A DNA stretch of 64,000 nt from Tubiluchus corallicola (lineage: Eukaryota; Animalia; Priapulida). Under the pieces are notes generated by a model. That model was not told where the DNA came from. It did no database searches and saw nothing but the letters and a program-made list of their open reading frames with translations. Location: contig JAQGDQ010000098.1 in the NCBI GenBank assembly GCA_030141605.1, positions 124,001 to 188,000 of the forward strand. The letters are read 5' to 3'. Both the position numbers and the translations under genes were made by a program. This document shows, piece after piece, positions 1-64,000 of this stretch. Positions within the stretch are counted from its first letter, which is position 1. Every line of letters starts with the position of its first letter.

Positions 1-108
1 TACACCTGCACACTTCATTATTCAATTTTCAAATATTTTTTTTGATTCTGTATTTTTTACAATGAATGGCTTCATTTATACATAAAATTCTACGATTTTT
101 GTTTTTAG

Positions 109-56206
<56,098 letters not shown>

Positions 56207-56365
56207 TAGCCGCTGGTGCCTTTCTTTCATTTCCGTGATTCGTTAATCACTAAATGTTCAGTACTTTTGTTTTGTATGTACATACAACATGGCAGTGTTT
56301 TGCTTAATATGAACATTTATATCAGTCATAAAGTGTGAATTTAATTTACAAGTTACGAGTTGCAG

Positions 56366-56411
56366 ATAATGATAATAGTAATAATGATAATAATAATAAT
56401 AATAATAATAA
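56366..56411. repeat. (AAT)n tract in the talin 3' UTR
   Basis: Direct reading. Confidence 0.85.
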
Positions 56412-57387
56412 CAAAATAGATTTTTAATATATTTGTTAGATGAATACGGCGTGCTGTTAGAGAATATAATAATTATAACATGCACAATTCTTTTAGAGTT
56501 ATTTCATAGTATTTTTATAAATCAAAAGTTATTTTACGGTTTTATTATTGCAGAATATCATTTGTTATTCGTACTTTTGTCTTCCTATTTCCAATCCCTA
56601 TCATGAAATTTCAGCAAACTGCAATTCCAAACCATTCAATTGACCCCATATTGTAAGTCTGTTTGTCTATCTGCCTATTTTTTTTAAAACGCTTTGCCAT
56701 TCCAGTAGTAGTAATCTTAATATAACAGCATCCTGTCTGTTTGTCTTAATGTTCCTTTGTAAGCTGTGTTGTTATTCCCTGTGTTGTTATCAGATGCCCA
56801 GATATTAGGCTTGCATTGGAGTATGCAATTCCTTGTCACTAGCAGTCATTTTTCCTTGAGACTTGGCTGTTGTCTGCCTGTTTTTAAGCATTAGCTGGAT
56901 TAACAACTGTTTTTACCACATGTATGTTGCTAGAAATAATGCCTTTTGAAAATCTCAAAGCTAACCCAAACTAACTGCCTGCTTTGTGTTAAGCATATGT
57001 GCTCACTTCTTCCTTTTTTGTATTTTTTGTATGCAAATGATCTATCTGACTTGACATATTGGTGCTAATTATGTGTACTAATCACGGGAAATAATGGATG
57101 TGCTATGCCAGTGGAAGTGTTAGCTATTCTTGCTGTATCATTTCTAAGAAAAATAATTTAGTTAATGATCACATTTTATTGTTAATTTTTCCTTTTCAAC
57201 AATTGGTAATTTCATTATTGTTTTATTCTGTTAACTGTGTCGCAACTGCTTCATTGCATCAAAAGTCATTTGTATAATTTTTCAACAGTTGTTAGTGTAC
57301 AAAATTGCTAAAGTAGTGACATTACAAAAACACTTTTGGATACAGTGTGCGGTTCTCTATGTACTGCCATGTTTAAGGTAATACTGA

Positions 57388-57526
57388 AATAAAGTTCAAC
57401 AGTACCTTTTTGGAAGGCTCATTTTTTATTTTGTAGGCCTGACATATCATTTCTGAAATTCTTTACCTGCGTCATCCATATGTTTGCACATATTTAACTG
57501 TACGTGTACACAAGTACTTTAATAAA
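57388..57526 (+). terminator. candidate talin polyadenylation signals
   Basis: AATAAA at about 57388 and at 57521, 1.2-1.3 kb after the stop, each followed by T-rich sequence. Confidence 0.4.
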
Positions 57527-58419
57527 GTATTTTGTAAAATGAATTTTAGTAATATAGGAGATTATTGTGTTGTGTCATTGTTTTTGCTTTATAATCAACT
57601 GTTATGCAGAGAAGTATTCATTGAAAAACTTACAAAACAACTCTATATACTTTACCAACAATTTATATATAAGAGCCAGAAGGTATCTGAAAGACATGCA
57701 TAATTCCAACGCAATGCTTGCCCAGAGATATGCTAGGAAAAATACGTGTAACACAAATTTGCAAAAGTCGTCTCAAAGCGTAGTGTGATTTCGAGAGGCT
57801 GAAGAATACTTAAAATGAAGTTATCATCATTATGTGTCACGGCACTAACCTACCACTCACGGATAGGTTGTAGTGTGTACCTCGACATACAACTGCACAT
57901 TTACCTTGCTTTATTAACTTAACTTCATTGCAGTAAGATAAGTAGGTCTACGCTGCAAGCAGGCCTGCTGCTCTGAAATTTTGCTTGATCTGCTGACTAT
58001 AGTGGCCAGCCTTTGAGAAGTTACCAAAGCTGAGTTCTACTTTAGATCCCTATAACTTTGTAAGGTAAGGCAAAATTGCATGTTTGTGTTCAATAAATGT
58101 GGTGCTACTATTTTTACAGTCTTGTTGATCCTATATCCTGGATTATGATGTTGTTGTTAGACTAACTGATGATTATTGATGATGTTGGACTAAATGAGGC
58201 ATTGCATGTTTCACAACTAGCTTTCTTGCACTTTATTGCCATCATAAAATTCTATACCGACCTGTGCTGTTCTTAAATAGTGCTGACAATTCACTTGCTG
58301 ACTCTGACAGTAGATGTTACTATTCTGGTTTTCAAAAGCTAAGTCATGCAGTTTTCTGGTGTAAAAGAATGGTGATAATGCTGGTGGCTTTGGCTGGTGA
58401 CAATGACGATTTCTCACAG

Positions 58420-59055
58420 CTAACTGTCATATGTGTCCAATTTGGCTAATAAATTTGTTATTTCGTCTCTTTTCTCTTCTGAATATGTTGATCTCTGACC
58501 ACCCCTTACGTGACTTCCTGAAGGCGCACTGTGGGCGTCTCGCTGTTGACACAAATTAGGCGCTGAAAGCATGGCTGAGGAGATATCGGGCGAGGAAGGA
58601 ACCGATCTATAATGTCTCGTGGAGGAGGCGGGCAGTGACGGGGAGGGCTGGAAACTAAACTTCGACGGCAGAGGGCTTAGCCTTCCTGGCAGAGCAGGTG
58701 TTGATGATAGATGTTGTCTGAGTTTCTGCATATTGTTGATGCATGGCAAAGCTGTCACGGCGTCCGTATCAGGGTGCTTGAGTTTCACTTCCAGTTTGTT
58801 TGTTTTTTCATCATTCGGCCGTTTTAGGTTGTTTCTAATGGCCGCTTTGTAATAAACTCGCAGTTCCTCGTCACTGTGTCCTCTGTCTAAACTAGATGTA
58901 CGGGCATGTCGACGGGCAAGAAGAGGTTGCCGTTTCTCCAGGTGTTGCACGCCTTCTGGTCGCATGCCCTCGTCGACAGCATTCATCCTCTTCAACCTGC
59001 CTTTCCTGGATGTGGCGTCGTCAAGGGACTTATTAGGTTTGTTGCTGTTCAGCAT
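58420..59055 (-). CDS. uncharacterised S/P/R-rich protein, about 211 aa, convergent with talin
   Basis: Long GC-rich ORF in an AT-rich background; acceptor ttttttccag at 59085 and an in-frame TGA precede ATG 59055; no domain recognised. Confidence 0.6.
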   Translation of the reverse strand: MLNSNKPNKSLDDATSRKGRLKRMNAVDEGMRPEGVQHLEKRQPLLARRHARTSSLDRGHSDEELRVYYKAAIRNNLKRPNDEKTNKLEVKLKHPDTDAVTALPCINNMQKLRQHLSSTPALPGRLSPLPSKFSFQPSPSLPASSTRHYRSVPSSPDISSAMLSAPNLCQQRDAHSAPSGSHVRGGQRSTYSEEKRDEITNLLAKLDTYDS

Positions 59056-62000
59056 GTTCAAAATGATGTCGATTCATGACCCTTCTGGAAAAAAATTGTC
59101 AGTTTTATTAATCAATCTAATCAAACTAGCTGGCGTTAACTGAATGATCAGTTGTTATCCATTCAAATTTCTTTGAACTCTGATAACCCAGAGTTCAATA
59201 TCAAAAAATCTATTATTGAGTAGGGCCGGCTAGTTTAGTTACGCCGATTGTTTGGTTGATTGTACTGTGTATTAAATGGTTCAGATAGAGTGCACACTAC
59301 TAGGACGAATTTTCAGGGCTGTCCGATCTACCACGTAGACTGATGGCTCAAACGGAAACGAAATCGTGTAATTGCAAGCTTCTGGGTTGGTATTCTGGTT
59401 GGCTTACGATTTTTAGTGCTTTCCTTCTTCGATTAATTAGTCAGGTTAATAGTTGATTATAAATGTATGTACATGAACCATCACAGAAGGTTTAACAATT
59501 CTGGCTTAATCCAGTTCTATAAGAGTAATTTAAAAAGCTGATTAATGGTAATAAGTACAGTCATGTCGTCGTTTGCAGCACTTTGTCTAGAACGATCGTT
59601 CATTTCTGTTTCCTAGCGATTTTTCGATTACTTTGTCATTACCGTCGCACGCACGTGCCACATATTCACAGTTTTTCAATACATATACGAGCCTAATTAT
59701 TGGTATTGTTTTAAATAAGAGCTGATGCAGTGACTTGAGTACAAGTGTAATAAGAATTCTTGGCTGACAGTATTTAGAAATAGAAAAGTTGATTAATTCA
59801 TTAGAAAAATTGATTTGAAGCCATAAAAGTTTAAGCAGTAAAGACGCAAAAGTAGCTATAAGATTTACAATTGCAAGCTATAAATATCCTTTATTTATGT
59901 AACACGATGATCAAAACTAACAAAGCTAATACCTGCGTAGATTCTACAATATATAATAGGCACTAAAATTAAACATAAAACATGTAGACATTTCAGGAGC
60001 ACATCGGTTGACTTAGCTTTTAAGTGTTTTGTAGGGCATATCAATGGAGTGGTCTTTTCTATATAGACTTACAGGCCCATAATTAGTGATCGAATTTCGA
60101 GTAGGCCTTGTGTGCACATCAGCAGAATAGAGGCCTGCTTCCCACCTTTGACAGCAACTTATGCGACATAAAGAACTTTTTGACGTTAAAACAATATAAA
60201 ATAGTGTCCACCTGCTACAAAATAACATAAGGCCACAGCAAAACCATACCAAAAGGATTAAACAGTGTAAAAGTTTTGAAACTGTAACGTAGAGGTGATT
60301 TTTTTTAGTTTTACAAACATTTTATCTTCTCTATTATCACAATGAATGCCAACCTATTAAAATTTTGCACTTTATCTCCGTCTACAATTTTTACATCTTT
60401 GGAAAAATACATTGCGATACTTACTAGTAGCGACTCACGGAAGTTTAGCAGACAATGCAAAGCTAACGACGACAGATTAGGTTAAATAATCGATTGTGAA
60501 TGAGTGTGGGTATTTGCGCACTTACTGTAATGTGGCTAAAATGTCTCTGCTGTTCAAGCCTTTCATCATAGAAGGTTATCATTGATTAACTAGATGCTGA
60601 TCCAGCCACACATTCACTCAATATTGGTAGTAAGCGCTGCTGTTGAATTCTAAATCCCCAACAAGATCTTAACAAGAGGTATAAAAATTAAACTCTCTCG
60701 GTATCGTATGGAAACGAAGATTTCTCGTAAGCGTACGTCTTTCTTCACAGTAGACGCAATTAAAATATTAAAATACGCAATTACAAACCTTAGCTTGCCA
60801 CTTACTGATACGGATATTTTCACCCGATTTCGCACAGCTTCGCACAAACTTAGGTAGTTTCGCCGATATTAGACACGATAAACTTTTGCATTATTTTGCG
60901 CAATCGTCAACTTGACGTCAGTTTGACACCCATTAACAATCAATACCATGCATGACTAATTTTAATTAAAATTATTACCTAAACCTTAAACAACTGTTGT
61001 TGTAACCGTACCTTGTTATATAGTTGTCCTTCAACGTGCATGGCTCCTAGCTGCCCATTTTCTGCCATGTCGTACTCTAATCTGTATTGGATTCAACTTG
61101 TCACTCACTCTATATTTTCATTTTCTCGTGCCATACATACTGGCAAGGACTTGGGTTATTAACTATTTATACATGTCACATTTTCCATATATGCGTTGAT
61201 CAATAGAAGCCCGTTTCAATGACTGCAATGCAGCGCCACCATTGTCAATGAATAGTACTAATTCGTATTACGCAGGAATTTAGCATTCATTTAATTCGTT
61301 CTTTCACAAACAAAATCTTAGTAGTTTTTAAATCGAATTCATTCATAAAAAAATCATTTGCAATTTCGTATCAGAACGTGTTGTGATTGACAGTACTGAG
61401 TTGCTAAATTTATGTTAAAGCACAAGAAAACCTTTCATAAACATAAAGGTCAAAAAATTCTTCTTAAAATTTTATATCACTTACGTACTGCCTTTTTAAA
61501 TAAAGGACTTTAATCGGCAATCACTGTATAAAACATGTACATTTAAACTTCCGCGATGACGTGAGACACAGCCATTTTGACGAAGGTCATTTTAAACAAG
61601 TTTAGATAACATTGCGTATACTTTGAAAAAAGAATCAGAGCATTCGTAGCGCACAGGTCACTAACTGATTAAAATTTTAAATTACTGTATCTTGTCAATA
61701 AGATTAAAAATACGTTTTTGGTTAGTGAGTGGTGCACCCTGGAGGGTGACTCAAGCGAAAAACTAAGTAATATAGATTTGTATGGAAAATTTTTTGGGAC
61801 ATAATTTAACATTGCCTTTTCTTGCGTAGTACTTCATGTAACGCCCAAAATAACGTTACTTCCAAAGTAACGTCATGTAATAGCGACTTCAGAACGGTAT
61901 TGCGGACTGTATATATACCGACTTCGGAACGGTATTGCGGAAGATTTAAAATGAAGATAAACAAAAATTCCTTTCAACGCAAGCACGATATATGTACAAA

Positions 62001-62881
62001 ATTGCTATAAAGTAATATAATTTTTAAGGCGATTTTTCTGAAACCTATAGGTACCCCTTTTCTTGTCCTTTAACGTTTACGTAAAAATGCTTATACACGC
62101 GAAGCGGGCAGGGGCTCGCTTTTCAAACGCATTTACATCAGAGTAATGTTCTACTCAATACTCTCAAAAAATAAATGCTTCAAAAACACTCTACGCACCT
62201 CGACCAGGACAACTTCAGGGTTTGAGCTAAAATACACAGGACGAGGAGTTTCATCAAAACTCGCGCAATTTGAAAAGAAAACTATAGATAGATTTCGTTT
62301 ACTCACTCATTTAATTATTTTTTTATACGTGTATTTGTTTATGTGCTTCGAGATTTAGTTACTTAAAAGATTGTGTACTTATATATTTACATGATTATTC
62401 GATTATTTATCCATTTATTTTATTTATTTATTTATTATACTTCTGATTTATGTAGTAAGTGTGAAATAAAGGCAAACAATGACAATGCAGGAGTTTAAAA
62501 GTACACGACAGTTAATTTACAAACAATATTTTTTATTTATGGCGTGTCTTATAATGTAATGATACCCCTATACAAAAAAACGAAACAGCACTTCTTTATG
62601 AAACAGAAATATTAAAAAATAACAGAATGTAGCAACTTTTCTCTGGTATTTTCACAAAAGACCAACTTGCACAGCACGGTGATCTGGAAAGGAAGTATAT
62701 TACCATAACCAAGATGATCCTCTCACAATAGACGATGGTTCAATAGAATAGCATGCGTGTTCTGAGTCGACGTTAACTTTTTCAAGACATTAGAGTTGTG
62801 CACGAGTATCAATAGAGCCTTGTTCCGGCAGACTTGCGTGCATTCAGTCCCAAAGCTTTCATGAAACCAGCTGGCATTTAA

Positions 62882-63021
62882 TTATCCCATCCTCCCATTC
62901 ATGAAAATTATCGAGTTGCAATGCGTGCTAGTGCGCATGGGCCGAGCAGTATTCTGATTTCCCGGCACGTGGTTCATCGGAAATATTCGGCTATTTTCAG
63001 ACGTGCTGTGATTTGCGGATA
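62882..63021 (-). CDS. possible terminal coding exon of another minus-strand gene
   Basis: Pyrimidine tract then aagcag acceptor, GC-enriched open frame SANHSTSENSRIFPMNHVPGNQNTARPMRTSTHCNSIIFMNGRMG*, AATAAA near 62535. Confidence 0.3.
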
Positions 63022-63458
63022 CTGCTTTTTTGTGAGAAAGAAAGAACTACAAATTGTTGTAAAATGACGAAGTTTAAAATTTGTAAAAAAAATGTCAGAA
63101 GTTGCTTTAATAATACTCAGAAATTAAAATACTGAATAAACAAATGTGCCAAAGAATGTTAAAAGTTATAAAATGTGTGTAACTACCAAAGTCCATAGCA
63201 AACGGATAGAAGAAATCAACCGGAAATGACGTATGAATATTCAGCTTTCGCTTTGCTGATAAGTGTCACGGCTTTTCATTTTTTTATTGGTGAGTTTTAA
63301 AGTAGCGCGATTATCCACGTACGAAATAGACAATCTTGAATTATTCGTTACGTTTACGTTAATCAGTTCATTGGAAATGGTCAAAGGCTATAACAATTCT
63401 TTAAAACTTTTTTTGTTTTTAACTTTTTTACAGTCATTTTCACAAACAAATATTCGAA

Positions 63459-64000
<542 letters not shown>

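Overview
AT-rich, intron-rich animal genomic DNA, probably an invertebrate; the taxon cannot be fixed from sequence alone. Most of the window (109-56206, + strand) is a talin gene, 5'-truncated within FERM F2. I traced 48 core GT-AG exons by hand; they sum to 7020 nt (2339 aa plus stop) and cover F2-F3, the linker, rod R1-R13 and the dimerisation helix. An 11.6 kb talin intron (35466-47025) holds an antisense tandem cluster of two-exon cathepsin L-like genes: two intact, one with a 1-nt frameshift, and a relic first exon. The talin locus also shows apparent alternative architecture: a pair of 77-nt mutually exclusive exons at the head-rod linker, a 109-aa in-frame extension suggesting a headless rod isoform, two phase-1 cassette exons between R12 and R13, and a coding-like read-through in R11. 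Downstream are a convergent uncharacterised 211-aa ORF, a possible terminal exon of another minus-strand gene, and a long compound tetranucleotide repeat. MITEs, a tRNA-derived SINE and microsatellites lie in introns. All homology calls rest on recognising sequences from memory, not on database searches.
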